Shown here: positions 19,951 to 30,842 of the stretch, in pieces
How positions within the stretch are numbered: the stretch's first letter is position 1
How the letters are laid out: each line of letters opens with the position of its first letter
Source: Rhodospirillaceae bacterium
Lineage (GTDB): Bacteria; Pseudomonadota; Alphaproteobacteria; Rhodospirillales; Rhodospirillaceae
Reading direction: 5' to 3'
Length of the DNA: 64,000 nucleotides
Assembly: GCA_965207985.1 (NCBI GenBank)
Contig: CBDBND010000012.1
Location: 10,773 to 74,772, forward strand
Made by a program: the position numbers and the translations under genes
Notes under the pieces: model-generated
Database searches by the model: none
Seen by the model: only the letters and a program-made list of their open reading frames with translations
What the model was told of the DNA's origin: nothing

Positions 19951-21531
19951 TTGGTTGAACGCAGCGAGTTGATCCGGCGCCTTCGCGTCGAAATTCACGC
20001 CCTCAAGGAGCGCCTCGGGGAGGATAATAGACTCGCCGAAATTCTGCGTGAGCAACTTCATCACACCGAGCACGGCACTGCCGACGAACGGCGTGAACAG
20101 GTATTCCGCCGCGCCGTCTGGGATATCACCGAACACGATGTGATGGAGGAGTTAACCAAGGTCGAGCCCGAAGGCGCCAAGGACGTCTCCGACGCTATTG
20201 TCGGCTTGGGCGCCCGCCTGGATCAAAAGTACGCCGAGTTCCGAGCCGTGCGCGAGTTCAGCGAACGGATCAACGAGGGTTACCTCCTCAATGACGTGAT
20301 GAACAACGCATTCTCTATATTGGAAACCGTCCTCCCCTATGACCGTATCGCCGTTTCATTGATTGATGAGGATAGCGCAGGCAACAAATGGGTACGGGTC
20401 GAATGGGTTGCGGCCAAATACGAAACCCAACATCTAAAAGCTGGGCACTCGGCGCAGCTAGAGCAGAGCAACTTAAAGAGTGCTTTCCTCGGAAGAGAAC
20501 CCATGTTCATCAACAACCTTGAGAAACATGCCGAGGAGAATCCGGACTCAACGACCACGCAACTTCTTCTGAAAGAAGGATTGCTTTCCAATCTTTCCTA
20601 TCCCTTCATTATCCATGGCAAGGTCATCGGCTTTATCTTTTTCTCAAGTCTCGAACACGGCACGTATCAAAACATACATATCGATGTTTTCGCTCAGATC
20701 GCCAAGGAATTAGCGCTGGTGATTGACAAAAGCCGGGCCTACGAGGAGTTGAACCAACGCAACGAGTTCATCAAGTCCATGTTCGGCCGATATGTGACGG
20801 AAGAAGTCGCCGAGATTGTTTACAACAGCGATACGGAAGCCGCCCTCGCCGGACAACGCGGCAAGGCAACCGTGTTGTTTGCAGATCTCAGAGACTTCAC
20901 GCCGATGGCCGAGACCTTACCGCCGGAACAAGTCGTCGACGTGTTGAACACATATTTGTGGGCTATGACCGAAGTTATCTCACGTTACGACGGCCACGTG
21001 GACAATTTCATTGGCGATGCCATCCTTGCTGTGTTCGGAGCCCCCGTCAGTAAATTCGACGACGCGGGTCGTGCCGTCGCCTGCGCCATCGCCATGGAAA
21101 ATAAGATGCTATCCGTCAACGGTGACTTGAAAGACCGGGGCTTGCCTGAACTCTCCATGGGGATCGGCATCAATACCGGCGAAGTGGTCGCCGGCAACAT
21201 CAGCTCGGACCTCCGTACCACCTATAGTGTTATCGGCGGACCAGTGAATATCGCCTCCCGGATGTCGTCCATCGCATCGCCGGGCCAAATTCTTGCCACC
21301 GAAGAGACGGTCAACGAGAACCCCAATATCATTGAGTCCGAAGGCAGTCTCAGAATTTCGGTCAAAGGCTTGAATCAGCCTGTGAAGGTGCATGACATTA
21401 CCGGAATTTACGGCCTCTATAACTTGCGTCTTTGGTCTCACCCCGACTCCCTGCTCTCTCCGAGGTTAGAATTGGTAGAAAGTATGGAGCCGGAAGAGGA
21501 CGAGGACGCGGAAAAAGATACGGGAACGTAA
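19951..21531 (+). CDS. GAF-domain class III adenylate/guanylate cyclase
   Basis: An N-terminal coiled coil and a central GAF-like region. The cyclase core is ATVLFADLRDFTPMAE...DNFIGDAILAVFGAP...GINTGEVVAGN. The listed TTG start is uncertain. Confidence 0.8.
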   Translation: MVERSELIRRLRVEIHALKERLGEDNRLAEILREQLHHTEHGTADERREQVFRRAVWDITEHDVMEELTKVEPEGAKDVSDAIVGLGARLDQKYAEFRAVREFSERINEGYLLNDVMNNAFSILETVLPYDRIAVSLIDEDSAGNKWVRVEWVAAKYETQHLKAGHSAQLEQSNLKSAFLGREPMFINNLEKHAEENPDSTTTQLLLKEGLLSNLSYPFIIHGKVIGFIFFSSLEHGTYQNIHIDVFAQIAKELALVIDKSRAYEELNQRNEFIKSMFGRYVTEEVAEIVYNSDTEAALAGQRGKATVLFADLRDFTPMAETLPPEQVVDVLNTYLWAMTEVISRYDGHVDNFIGDAILAVFGAPVSKFDDAGRAVACAIAMENKMLSVNGDLKDRGLPELSMGIGINTGEVVAGNISSDLRTTYSVIGGPVNIASRMSSIASPGQILATEETVNENPNIIESEGSLRISVKGLNQPVKVHDITGIYGLYNLRLWSHPDSLLSPRLELVESMEPEEDEDAEKDTGT

Positions 21532-21545
21532 AAATAAACTGCACG

Positions 21546-21971
21546 CTAGATTTTTTGCGTCGTTGCCCCGTCCTCTCGACCGTCAAAGCATTTTTCCAAT
21601 GCTTGCCTAAAAACGCTATCACCGGGTGAAGCATGGGCAAACAACGTCATGGACGAGTGAAACTTCAAATCATCGGGACTGCCGAAAACATCGTGTACGG
21701 ACTTATCTTGAGACGCCAAGACCAACTGCGTGCAATTGGTGAGCCTGCGGCCCAAAACCGGATGCGCCAGATAGGCACGGGCCTCGTCTAATCCGCTGAT
21801 GGCATATTTTTGCGACATGGCGCTGAAGCCAAGTCCGGCGATCTGCGGAAATATGAACCACATCCAGTGACTGGTCTTGCGGCCACGTTTGAGTTCTGCA
21901 CAGACCCGGTCGAACACAGGGTCTTGTGCCGCGGTAAACCGGCCAAGGTCGAAGGGGTCATCGTCAGCCAT
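21546..21971 (-). CDS. DUF1810-family protein
   Basis: LGRFTAAQDPVFDRVCAELKRGRKTSHWMWFIFPQIAGLGFS...AYLAHPVLGRRL matches my recollection of DUF1810. Confidence 0.7.
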   Translation of the reverse strand: MADDDPFDLGRFTAAQDPVFDRVCAELKRGRKTSHWMWFIFPQIAGLGFSAMSQKYAISGLDEARAYLAHPVLGRRLTNCTQLVLASQDKSVHDVFGSPDDLKFHSSMTLFAHASPGDSVFRQALEKCFDGREDGATTQKI

Positions 21972-22068
21972 GGGGAGATTTTACATGACTCTCCCTTTCT
22001 GACCGCCCGTCCTTGACTATATCCTTGAGAAACGGGCATTTTCCACGCCTCCATGAGAGGATGAGCGC

Positions 22069-22689
22069 ATGTACCTGCTGATCGATAACTACGACAGCTT
22101 CGCCTACAACCTGTGGCATTACCTGGGTGAGCTGGGGGCCGAGGTTGTAGTCCACCGCAATGACAAGATTGCGGTGTCGGACTGTCTTGCGCTGAATCCT
22201 GAGGGCATCATTCTCTCACCCGGACCCTGCGACCCGGACAAGGCCGGCATTTGCCTCGACCTCGTCGAAGCGGCAACCGGCAAAATACCCGTGTTCGGCG
22301 TCTGCCTTGGTCATCAGACCATCGGTCAGGCGTTTGGCGGAAAAGTGGTCCGCGGGCCCATGCCCATGCACGGCAAGGTCAGCATCATCACCCATACCGG
22401 TCATGACATGTTTACGGACATCTCCTCGCCCTTTAACGCCACGCGTTATCACTCTTTGGTGGTGGATCGCGCCTCTGTCCCTGACGAACTTGAAATCACG
22501 GCCGAGACGGATGACGGTCTGGTGATGGGGTTCGCCCATAAAGACCACCTTATTCACAGTGTGCAATTCCATCCGGAAAGCATTGCTTCTCAGTTCGGTC
22601 ACCGGGTGTTGCGCAATTTTCTGCGTGCGACTGGGTTGGAGGCGCCCGACGTTCCCGACCGCACCATCGACGTCACAGTCGCCGCTTAG
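22069..22689 (+). CDS. trpG: Anthranilate synthase component II / aminodeoxychorismate synthase glutamine amidotransferase
   Basis: MYLLIDNYDSFAYNL, GVCLGHQ (catalytic Cys), VQFHPES. Confidence 0.9.
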   Translation: MYLLIDNYDSFAYNLWHYLGELGAEVVVHRNDKIAVSDCLALNPEGIILSPGPCDPDKAGICLDLVEAATGKIPVFGVCLGHQTIGQAFGGKVVRGPMPMHGKVSIITHTGHDMFTDISSPFNATRYHSLVVDRASVPDELEITAETDDGLVMGFAHKDHLIHSVQFHPESIASQFGHRVLRNFLRATGLEAPDVPDRTIDVTVAA

Positions 22690-22698
22690 GGTCCCGCT

Positions 22699-23715
22699 AT
22701 GTCCGATCTGAAACCCTTCATTAGTAAGGCCGCATCAGGGCAATCCTTGAGCGATATCGAAGCCGCGTCTGCCTTCGAGATCATCATGTCCGGCGACGCC
22801 ACGCCGGCCCAAATTGCATCGCTGCTCACCGCCCTAGCCGTGCGCGGCGAGACGGTGGAGGAAATCACCGGCGCAGCGCGGGTCATGCGCGCCAAAGCTC
22901 TGGTGGTAAAAGCACCGGTCGGCGCCGTCGACACCTGCGGAACCGGCGGTGATGCCGCCGGCACGTTCAACATCTCCACCGCTGTCGCCCTGGTGGTGGC
23001 GGCCTGCGGAGTGCCCGTTGCCAAGCACGGAAATCGCAAAGCGTCGTCCAAATCGGGCACGGCCGATGTCTTGGAAGCTCTGGGTGTAAACCTGGATGTC
23101 ACGCCCGATGTGGTGGAACGCGCCTTGAAGGAAGCCGGCATCGGCTTTTTGTTCGCGCAAAAGCATCATAGCGCCATGAAACACGTGGCACCGGTGCGTG
23201 CCGAACTGGGCATCCGCACCATCTTTAATCTGCTGGGCCCCTTGTCCAACCCGGCGGGTGCCAAACGGCAGCTGCTCGGCGTGTTTTCAGCCGACTGGCT
23301 CGAACCCATGGCGGAAACCCTGAAAGCCCTTGGATCGGAACGGGCGTGGATTGTTCATGGCTCCGACGGTCTGGACGAACTTACGGTGACCGGACCATCC
23401 CAAGTGGCGGAACTCAACGATGGGTCCGTCTCTTCATTTGAAGTTACCCCGGAAGAAGCCGGTCTCGGTCGCTATGGGCCCGAGGACCTCAAAGGCGGCG
23501 AGCCGTCGGACAATGCTAAAGCCTTGTCGGATCTCCTCGACGGCGCCCCGGGAGCATACCGGGATATTGTCCTGCTTAACGCGGCGGCAGCACTGATTGT
23601 CGCAGGGAAAGTGTCTGACCTCGAAGACGGCGCTGCCACGGCGGCCGCAACCATCGATAACGGCAAAGCGATGGCCACATTGGAAAGGTTTGCCGCCATC
23701 ACGCAAGGGAACTGA
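22699..23715 (+). CDS. trpD: Anthranilate phosphoribosyltransferase
   Basis: [32 protein letters not shown]. 338 aa. Confidence 0.93.
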   Translation: MSDLKPFISKAASGQSLSDIEAASAFEIIMSGDATPAQIASLLTALAVRGETVEEITGAARVMRAKALVVKAPVGAVDTCGTGGDAAGTFNISTAVALVVAACGVPVAKHGNRKASSKSGTADVLEALGVNLDVTPDVVERALKEAGIGFLFAQKHHSAMKHVAPVRAELGIRTIFNLLGPLSNPAGAKRQLLGVFSADWLEPMAETLKALGSERAWIVHGSDGLDELTVTGPSQVAELNDGSVSSFEVTPEEAGLGRYGPEDLKGGEPSDNAKALSDLLDGAPGAYRDIVLLNAAAALIVAGKVSDLEDGAATAAATIDNGKAMATLERFAAITQGN

Positions 23716-23717
23716 CC

Positions 23718-24536
23718 ATGGGCAACGTGCTTGACGATATCTGCACGGCCCGGAGAGACCATTATGCCCGGGTCAAGTCCAAGCGGCCTCTCGCCGAAAT
23801 CGAGGCCGAAGCATTGGAGGCGCCGCCTGTCCGGGGCTTCGGTCTGGCTCTAAGCCAGGCCGCTGCTAACGGTTACGGCCTCATCGCTGAAATAAAAAAG
23901 GCGTCGCCGTCCGCTGGCCTGATCCGCCCGGATTTTGATCCGCCAAGCCTTGCCCAAGCCTATGAAAAAGGCGGCGCGGCTTGTCTGTCCGTGCTGACAG
24001 AAGAAACCCATTTCCAGGGATCTGCTGACCATCTTCAAGCCGCCCGTGCCGCCTGCACCCTCCCCGTTCTGCGCAAGGATTTCATGCTCGAGCCCTATCA
24101 GGTGGTGGAAGCCCGGAGCATCGGCGCCGATTGCATTCTGATCATTATGGCTGCGGTATCTGATTCACAGGCCATAGAGCTTGAATACTGCGCCATGGAT
24201 TATGGGATGGACGTTCTCATTGAGGTGCATGGCGAAGCCGAACTGGACCGGGCTTTCGCACTGAAGTCTTCGCTCATCGGCATCAACAACCGCAACCTCA
24301 AAACCCTGGAGGTTGATCTTGCGACGACGGAACGTTTGGCATCCCGCTTGTCACAGGACCGCGTTCTTGTCGCCGAAAGCGGTCTTAAAACACCGGATGA
24401 TCTCGCTCGTCTCGCGAAAGCCGGAGCGCGTCGTTTTCTCATTGGTGAATCGCTTATGCGCGAAGCGGATGTTACCGCCGCGACGCAGACCTTATTGGCA
24501 AATCCTTTACCTCCCGCAGCGGCGGCAGCGGAGTAA
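23718..24536 (+). CDS. trpC: Indole-3-glycerol phosphate synthase
   Basis: [37 protein letters not shown]. Confidence 0.93.
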   Translation: MGNVLDDICTARRDHYARVKSKRPLAEIEAEALEAPPVRGFGLALSQAAANGYGLIAEIKKASPSAGLIRPDFDPPSLAQAYEKGGAACLSVLTEETHFQGSADHLQAARAACTLPVLRKDFMLEPYQVVEARSIGADCILIIMAAVSDSQAIELEYCAMDYGMDVLIEVHGEAELDRAFALKSSLIGINNRNLKTLEVDLATTERLASRLSQDRVLVAESGLKTPDDLARLAKAGARRFLIGESLMREADVTAATQTLLANPLPPAAAAAE

Positions 24537-24539
24537 GCC

Positions 24540-25019
24540 ATGTCCGATGACCTGACCCACTTCGATGCCGACGGCAATGCGGTCATGGTGGATGTCACCG
24601 ACAAAGACGTCACCGATCGAGAAGCGACGGCGGCGGGCTCTGTTTTGATGAAACCTGAGACGCTCAAGACCATCATGGAACAGGGCATCAAAAAGGGTGA
24701 CGTTCTTTCCGTGGCGCAACTGGCCGGGATCATGGGAGCCAAACGCACGGCCGATCTTATTCCGTTATGTCATCCTCTCGACCTATCGTCGGTTACGGTG
24801 GATCTCACCTGCGACCCGGACCGCAACGCCGTCGATATCACCGCCACAGCCAAGATTACCGGCAAGACCGGCGTCGAAATGGAAGCCCTGACCGCCGTCA
24901 CCGTGGCTGCGCTGACCGTCTACGATATGTGCAAGGCCGTCGACAAAGGCATCCGCCTGGCCGATATCCGCCTCATCAAGAAAACAGGCGGTAAATCAGG
25001 TACATACGAGTCGCCCTGA
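24540..25019 (+). CDS. moaC: Cyclic pyranopterin monophosphate synthase
   Basis: LTHFDADGNAVMVDVTDK, LIPLCHPL, TGVEMEALTA. Confidence 0.93.
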   Translation: MSDDLTHFDADGNAVMVDVTDKDVTDREATAAGSVLMKPETLKTIMEQGIKKGDVLSVAQLAGIMGAKRTADLIPLCHPLDLSSVTVDLTCDPDRNAVDITATAKITGKTGVEMEALTAVTVAALTVYDMCKAVDKGIRLADIRLIKKTGGKSGTYESP

Positions 25020-26221
25020 TGATTTCAGTTGAAGAGGCTCAAGCCTTGGTTCGGGAGGGTATCGCCCCTCTCGGCACGGAAACCGTCGCCCTGGCCGATG
25101 CCTCGGGGCGGGTGCTGGCCAGCACGCCGGTGGCACGCATCGCCCACCCTACCCAAACGGTCTCGGCCATGGACGGATACGCCGTACGGGCAGCGGACGT
25201 ATCAGAGGTTCCGGCATCGCTCAACGTCATAGGCGAGTCCGCAGCGGGTCACCCCTTCGATGGCGACATTGGTGAAGACCAAGCAGTGCGTATTTTCACC
25301 GGCGCACAGGTTCCACCGGGGGCCGACACCATTGTTTTGCAGGAAGACACGGAGCGGGATGGCGATACGGTTTCCGTTCACGAAATCGAACCCGGCCGGC
25401 ACATTCGGCCCAAAGGACAAGACTTCAGCGAAGGCGATGTGCTTTTGAATCCACCCTTGCGTTTGGAGCCACGTCATATCGGTTTACTTGCAGCCGGCGA
25501 TCATCCCTGGGTCGAGGTGTACAGGCGCCCCCGTGTCGCCATCCTTTCCACCGGCGATGAAATCGTCATGCCGGGAGAACCGCGCGGGCCTGCTCAGATC
25601 GTCAGTGCCAATGGGCCGTCCCTCTCCGCCTTTGTACAAACCTACGGCGGAGTGCCCGTTCATCTCGGCGTGGTTAAAGACGATGTGGATGCCCTCACCG
25701 CCATGGCGGAGGCGGCCAAGGACAGTGATCTGCTTCTCACCTCCGGTGGTGTTTCTGTTGGCGACCATGACCTCGTCCGCAAAGCCCTGAGTGACGCAGG
25801 TTTGGACGTGGGGTTCCACCGCATTGCCATGCGTCCCGGCAAACCATTGATGTTCGGCCATCTGGGTTCCACACCGGTTCTCGGCCTACCGGGCAACCCC
25901 GTATCGGCCCTGGTCTGCGCTCTGTTGTTTGCCGGACCGTCAATCGAGCGGCTGCAAGGGCTGCCAGGCGATCCGCCGAGCACCATCCCTGCCGAGCTGG
26001 GTGCCGACGTGGCGGCCAACAGCAAACGACAGGACTACATGCGAGCTGTGTTGTCCCGCAATAATGACGGCAGTTACTGCGCAACACCGATTTTTATTCA
26101 GGATTCCAGCATGATCGGTGCCCTGGCCCAGTCCGCCGCCCTGATCGTCCGCCCGCCGGAGGCACCGGCGGCAAAAACAGGCGAGGCCGTCCCGGTTATC
26201 CCCTTGGACGGTCTCCTCTAG
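25019..26221 (+). CDS. moeA: Molybdopterin molybdenumtransferase
   Basis: 400 aa. SAMDGYAVR, ILSTGDEI, SGGVSVGDHD, LPGNPVSA. Its start overlaps the moaC stop by one base. Confidence 0.9.
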   Translation: MISVEEAQALVREGIAPLGTETVALADASGRVLASTPVARIAHPTQTVSAMDGYAVRAADVSEVPASLNVIGESAAGHPFDGDIGEDQAVRIFTGAQVPPGADTIVLQEDTERDGDTVSVHEIEPGRHIRPKGQDFSEGDVLLNPPLRLEPRHIGLLAAGDHPWVEVYRRPRVAILSTGDEIVMPGEPRGPAQIVSANGPSLSAFVQTYGGVPVHLGVVKDDVDALTAMAEAAKDSDLLLTSGGVSVGDHDLVRKALSDAGLDVGFHRIAMRPGKPLMFGHLGSTPVLGLPGNPVSALVCALLFAGPSIERLQGLPGDPPSTIPAELGADVAANSKRQDYMRAVLSRNNDGSYCATPIFIQDSSMIGALAQSAALIVRPPEAPAAKTGEAVPVIPLDGLL

Positions 26222-26245
26222 GCTTTCCGCCTTGACCGTAGAAGA

Positions 26246-26260
26246 GAACTAAAGTAGAAC
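26246..26260 (+). promoter_or_regulatory. Alphaproteobacterial SOS box (GAAC-N7-GAAC) upstream of lexA
   Basis: GAACTAAAGTAGAAC lies 50 nt upstream of the lexA ATG at 26311. Confidence 0.7.
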
Positions 26261-26310
26261 ATTCGTGTTTCTGCTTTGTTCTATCCATTTCAGATATGGG
26301 AGAGGTGGCG

Positions 26311-27000
26311 ATGCTCACGAAGAAACAGCACCAACTGTTGATGTTTATTCACGAGCGCATGCAGAGCGATGGGGTTGCCCCTTCCTTCGATGAAATGAAA
26401 GCCGCTTTGGATCTCAAGTCCAAATCCGGCATCCACAGGCTTATCACCGCTCTGGAAGAGCGCGGATTTCTCCGCCGTCTGCCCCACCGGGCGCGTGCGC
26501 TGGAAGTGGTCAAACTGCCTGAGAACGCCACTGCCGATGAACAACCGGCCGGCGCCAGTAACGTCATTGCCGGTAAGTTCCGTCCCGCCGAGGGGTTGGC
26601 CGCCAACGATTCAGACCAATCCGTCGACCTGCCGCTGTACGGCAAGATCGCCGCAGGCATGCCCATCGAAGCGTTGCGCGATCCGTCCGATTACATCGGC
26701 GTACCGCCAAGCATGCTTGGCAGCGGAGATCACTATGCCCTGACCATCGAAGGCGATTCCATGATCGACGCCGGCATCCTTGATGGCGATACGGTGATTA
26801 TCCAGCACGCCGACCGCGCGGATAACGGCTCCATCGTCGTCGCCTTGGTGGACAATGAAGAAGCCACTTTGAAGCGTTTGCGCCGCAAGGGAGAATCCAT
26901 CGCTTTGGAACCGGCCAATCCAGATTACGAAACCCGCATCTTCGGCCCTGACCGGGTCAAGGTGCAGGGCAAATTGATCGGATTGATCCGGCGGTATTAA
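26311..27000 (+). CDS. lexA: LexA repressor
   Basis: GGGAGAGG precedes ATG 26311. The winged HTH is [13 protein letters not shown]. The Ala-Gly cleavage site is in [10 protein letters not shown]. The S24 peptidase motifs are GDSM and ATLKRL. Confidence 0.93.
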   Translation: MLTKKQHQLLMFIHERMQSDGVAPSFDEMKAALDLKSKSGIHRLITALEERGFLRRLPHRARALEVVKLPENATADEQPAGASNVIAGKFRPAEGLAANDSDQSVDLPLYGKIAAGMPIEALRDPSDYIGVPPSMLGSGDHYALTIEGDSMIDAGILDGDTVIIQHADRADNGSIVVALVDNEEATLKRLRRKGESIALEPANPDYETRIFGPDRVKVQGKLIGLIRRY

Positions 27001-29152
27001 TTCTCTCTATTGGGCAACCGCCAGGTTGGTTTGTTCCAAATCCTCCGGCCTGTGTAGTCAGAGACCCGTCTAACACGCACGGTATTGTCTTCAAGCCGCA
27101 GCGCGTGAGCACCATGCCGCCAGACATCAAAGCGATCGATGACGACGTGTTCAGCATCACAGATGCGCCAAGACGGCACGCGTGCGATCATGGCTTCAAC
27201 GCGGTTGCAGTCTTCTGACACCGCAGCCTCATTGAACGCCAAAGCAATGCGCCCCTCACCCGTATGGTAGAAACATCCGTCCAGATCACAGGCAAGATTT
27301 GACAGGTCAGACCAGGTTTGGTCTGAGCGGCCCCAGCGTTCGATCCAGACGCCGCGAGTGAACCCTTCCCGGCGTCCAAGTGACAGGACAAGCCGGTTGT
27401 CCTCTCACCGCACGGCCACCACCTCCGCCGTTTCGTTGACCAAAACGTGAGGTGATGCGGCTTGCCACGGCTGAACCAGACCGATGACCAGAGGGATCAG
27501 TCCAAGCCATCTGAGACGGCCCTGCCACAGGCAGAGAAACAGCGCTCCGGTTCCGACACAAACCAGCGCCCAAACGCTGGTGGCGGGGACGAAGAACGAA
27601 GAGCCCGGCAAGGACGAAACAAAACGGGCGGTGGCGTTGACCCAGTCGATCCCCATGCCCATGGCTACAAGAGGAATGTGTTCCAGACCGATGGACATAA
27701 AGACAAGCGCCATCAATCAGAAGGGCATGATCCACAAACCCATCACCGGAACGGCCAATAGATTGGCAAGCAAGGAATACGCCGGCACCATCTGAAAGTG
27801 AAACGCGGTGAACGGACCGGTGGCCGCCGTAGCAATGAGATCTGTGACCAGAACCGCGAGGCAATACAGACCGACCGCGCGAAGAGGCCTGAAATTTCCG
27901 TAAGGATCACGCAGAGCCGCTCGTATGTGAACGCGCTCATAAACCGTGATCAACGCCACCACCGCTGCGAAGGACAATTGAAAGCTGGCACCGACCAACG
28001 CTTCCGGCTGGAGCAGCAAGACGATGAGCGCCGCCCACGTCAAAGTGCGGAGCGACAAGGCTGTCCGGTCAACCAGAACCGCCGCAAACACCACGCTGAT
28101 CATGATAAAGGCGCGCTGAGCGGGAATGTTTGACCCCGACAAAATCAAATAGAACAACGCTGCACACAGAGCTGCAACGGCGGCCATCTTCTTGGTGTTG
28201 AACCGTTCCCCTATGGAAAGACTGAGAGCCAATCCGTAACGGGCCACCAGAAAAACAAGACCAGCCAGCAAACTCATATGCAAACCGGATATGGCGAGCA
28301 TGTGGGCGAGACCGGCCTGGCGATAGGCGTCCTGTAATTCCTCAGGGACGGCATTGCGTTCGCCTGTCACCAAGGCGCGGGCTACGGTGCCGGAGTCTCC
28401 GGGTAGACTTTTAGCCATGCGATCCCCCACGCCTGCGCGCATGATGGCGATACGATCGCTCCAGGTTTCCTCTCGAACCGTTGGCGCATCCAGGCTCTCC
28501 CATCGGCCTACGGCAAAACCGACGCCGCCCAATTGACGAAAGAAACTGTACCGTTGGAAATCAAAGGCACCGGGAGCGACGGGACGTCCCGGCGGCCGCA
28601 CAACAGAGCGGATGCGAATGCGCTCACCGATCCGCGGAGCACCGTGACTGCCGGGTATGCGCACACGCACACGTTCCGGCAGTTCGTCTTGGTTGAGGAA
28701 CGTTATTGTTAGACGGTCCAAGGTCACCCGGCTAGCCGAGTCATCCGGTTCCACGTTGACCACCGAACCGGTGATCATTACCGGACCAATTTCTTCGGAC
28801 AGGATCGGCGCTGCAATGCGGGTGGTGCGCAGTTGTGCAGCACAAAACCTATTGCCACCAGCAGTAAAAAAACACCAAACCCGAAAACAAACGAGGGCCG
28901 GCGGGATACGGCGCATACCCCTGCGGACAAACCCAGTGCAACAGCACCGCTCAAAGGCGCCGGGTCCACAGGTAGGGAGAAAAATACTCCGATGCCGAGA
29001 GCCAGACAAACCGGCCACCATAGAACAGAGTGGGGAACCTGCCGAATGGCTTCTTCACGCACCGCGCTTAGAAATACTGTCCTTCTGGCTTGGTTAACAA
29101 GCCAGGAGATAAAAAGCGGTTCGGGCATGCGCGTTTGGGCAGAATTCGTCAC
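26997..29152 (-). pseudogene. comEC: ComEC/Rec2 DNA internalisation channel with one frameshift and two in-frame TGA codons
   Basis: The N-terminal piece 28778-29152 is in a different frame; the shift lies near 28840-28846. The rest is collinear in one frame. It is interrupted by TGA at 27717-27719 and TGA at 27405-27407. The C-terminus ...CDLDGCFYHTGEGRIALAFNEAAVSEDC... ends at 26997. Confidence 0.75.
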
Positions 29153-29260
29153 AACGTTCTTTCAGGCGGCCTCCGTTTCACTCCGGCAACCAGTATGCTA
29201 CAGGATGCGCCCTTAGGAAGGCGCTGACGTGCCTTTTTCATTTTTGCAGATTATCCGCCG

Positions 29261-30667
29261 ATGACCGTTGTTACACGCTTTGCCCCATCCCCCACCGGAT
29301 TTCTCCACATCGGCGGCGCCCGTACGGCCCTGTTCAACCGATTGTATGCCAAGCATCACAATGGGCGATTTTTGCTCCGCGTTGAGGACACAGACAAAAA
29401 GCGGTCCACACAAGAAGCCATTGACGCCATTTACGAAGCGTTGATTTGGCTCGGCCTCGATTGGGATGGAGAACCGGTTTCCCAATCGTCTCGGCGGGAC
29501 CGCCATGCGGAAGTTGCGCAGCAGCTTCTCGAATCAGGCCACGCCTATAAGTGTTATGCGTCACCCGAAGAACTAAAAGAAATGCGGGAACAGCAAAAAT
29601 CGGCAGGTCAGCCGATGCGCTACGACGGCCGATGGCGCGACCGGGATCCCGCAGACGCGCCCGCGGATGTGGATCCTGTTATCCGGCTTAAGGCCCCACT
29701 CGACGGTGAGACAACCATTGAGGACATGGTCCAGGGTCGAGTCACCGTCGCCAACGACCAACTGGACGACATGATCCTGCTGCGTTCGGACGGAACACCA
29801 ACTTATATGCTGTCCGTGGTCGTCGACGATTACGACATGGAAATTACTCATGTCATCCGAGGAGATGACCACCTCACAAATGCCTTTCGTCAAATACAGT
29901 TGTTCAATGCGCTTGGCTGGACTCCGCCCCGGTATGGTCATGTTCCGCTGATCCATGGGCCCGACGGCAGCAAACTGTCAAAACGGCACGGCGCCCTAGG
30001 CGCTGAAACCTATCGGGACATGGGTTTCCTGCCCGAAGCCGTGCGCAACTATCTGCTGCGCCTGGGCTGGGGCCATGGCGACGATGAAATTATTTCTGAC
30101 GAACAGGCGGTCGAGTGGTTTGACGGAACCGGTTTGGGAAAGTCGCCGGCCCGTTTTGATACGGCCAAACTGACGGCCCTTAACGCCCATTACCTCAAAT
30201 CTGCCGAAACGGATCGGTTGGTCACTTTGATCGTTCCTGTGATCGAACAATCGTCGTCGATTTCCGTTGACGAAGAGGCCATAACGCGTCTCCGCAAAGG
30301 TATGGCAGGTCTCACGGAACGGGCAAAAACGCTGACCGAGTTGGCCGACAACGCATTGGTCTACGTTCGGCCTCGCCCACTGGCCATGACCGACAAGGCG
30401 AAAAAGATCCTCGATAAAGGCGGCCGGGAAGTTCTTGTTGCAGCGCACAAAAGCTTGGCTGACCTGAGCGATTGGTCGGCACAGACGCTTGAAGGCTGGG
30501 CACGGGAGTATTCCGCGGCACAGGAGATGAAATTGGGCGCTCTGGCCCAGCCGCTTCGGGCGGCCATTACAGGCACCACAGTTTCACCGCCCATCTTCGA
30601 CGTCATGGCCATTTTCGGCCGTGACGAATCTCTACAGCGGATCGCCGATATTACCGAAAACCCTTAA
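29261..30667 (+). CDS. gltX: Glutamate--tRNA ligase
   Basis: PSPTGFLHIGGART (HIGH motif) and KLSKRHG (KMSKS motif). 468 aa. Confidence 0.95.
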   Translation: MTVVTRFAPSPTGFLHIGGARTALFNRLYAKHHNGRFLLRVEDTDKKRSTQEAIDAIYEALIWLGLDWDGEPVSQSSRRDRHAEVAQQLLESGHAYKCYASPEELKEMREQQKSAGQPMRYDGRWRDRDPADAPADVDPVIRLKAPLDGETTIEDMVQGRVTVANDQLDDMILLRSDGTPTYMLSVVVDDYDMEITHVIRGDDHLTNAFRQIQLFNALGWTPPRYGHVPLIHGPDGSKLSKRHGALGAETYRDMGFLPEAVRNYLLRLGWGHGDDEIISDEQAVEWFDGTGLGKSPARFDTAKLTALNAHYLKSAETDRLVTLIVPVIEQSSSISVDEEAITRLRKGMAGLTERAKTLTELADNALVYVRPRPLAMTDKAKKILDKGGREVLVAAHKSLADLSDWSAQTLEGWAREYSAAQEMKLGALAQPLRAAITGTTVSPPIFDVMAIFGRDESLQRIADITENP

Positions 30668-30842
30668 CTTCCAAGGGCTTAGAGCATTCGCGTTTTGGAC
30701 AAGTGAGCCCTTTTCTACCGCGGCCAATTGATCGTTTGGGGTCGACGTATTATAAGCACCGCAGCAAAGAAAAAGGGTGAAACATGGGGATGGCGCAGGT
30801 TGGGATCGGTCCATTCCCCCGAGATCGAGAAAGGACTGCACC

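Noticed and set aside
19801-20136. A 111-aa minus-strand ORF overlapping the 5' end of the cyclase gene.
   Set aside because: It has no recognisable motif, no RBS and an odd composition, and it overlaps a well-supported gene. It does show that the cyclase start is uncertain.
27405-27719. The two in-frame TGA codons in comEC as selenocysteine or Trp/Gly recoding.
   Set aside because: TGA ends ordinary genes in this window (trpD, cdsA, uppS, dnaE). The same gene also has a frameshift. A membrane channel has no reason to carry Sec. Pseudogenisation is the simpler reading.
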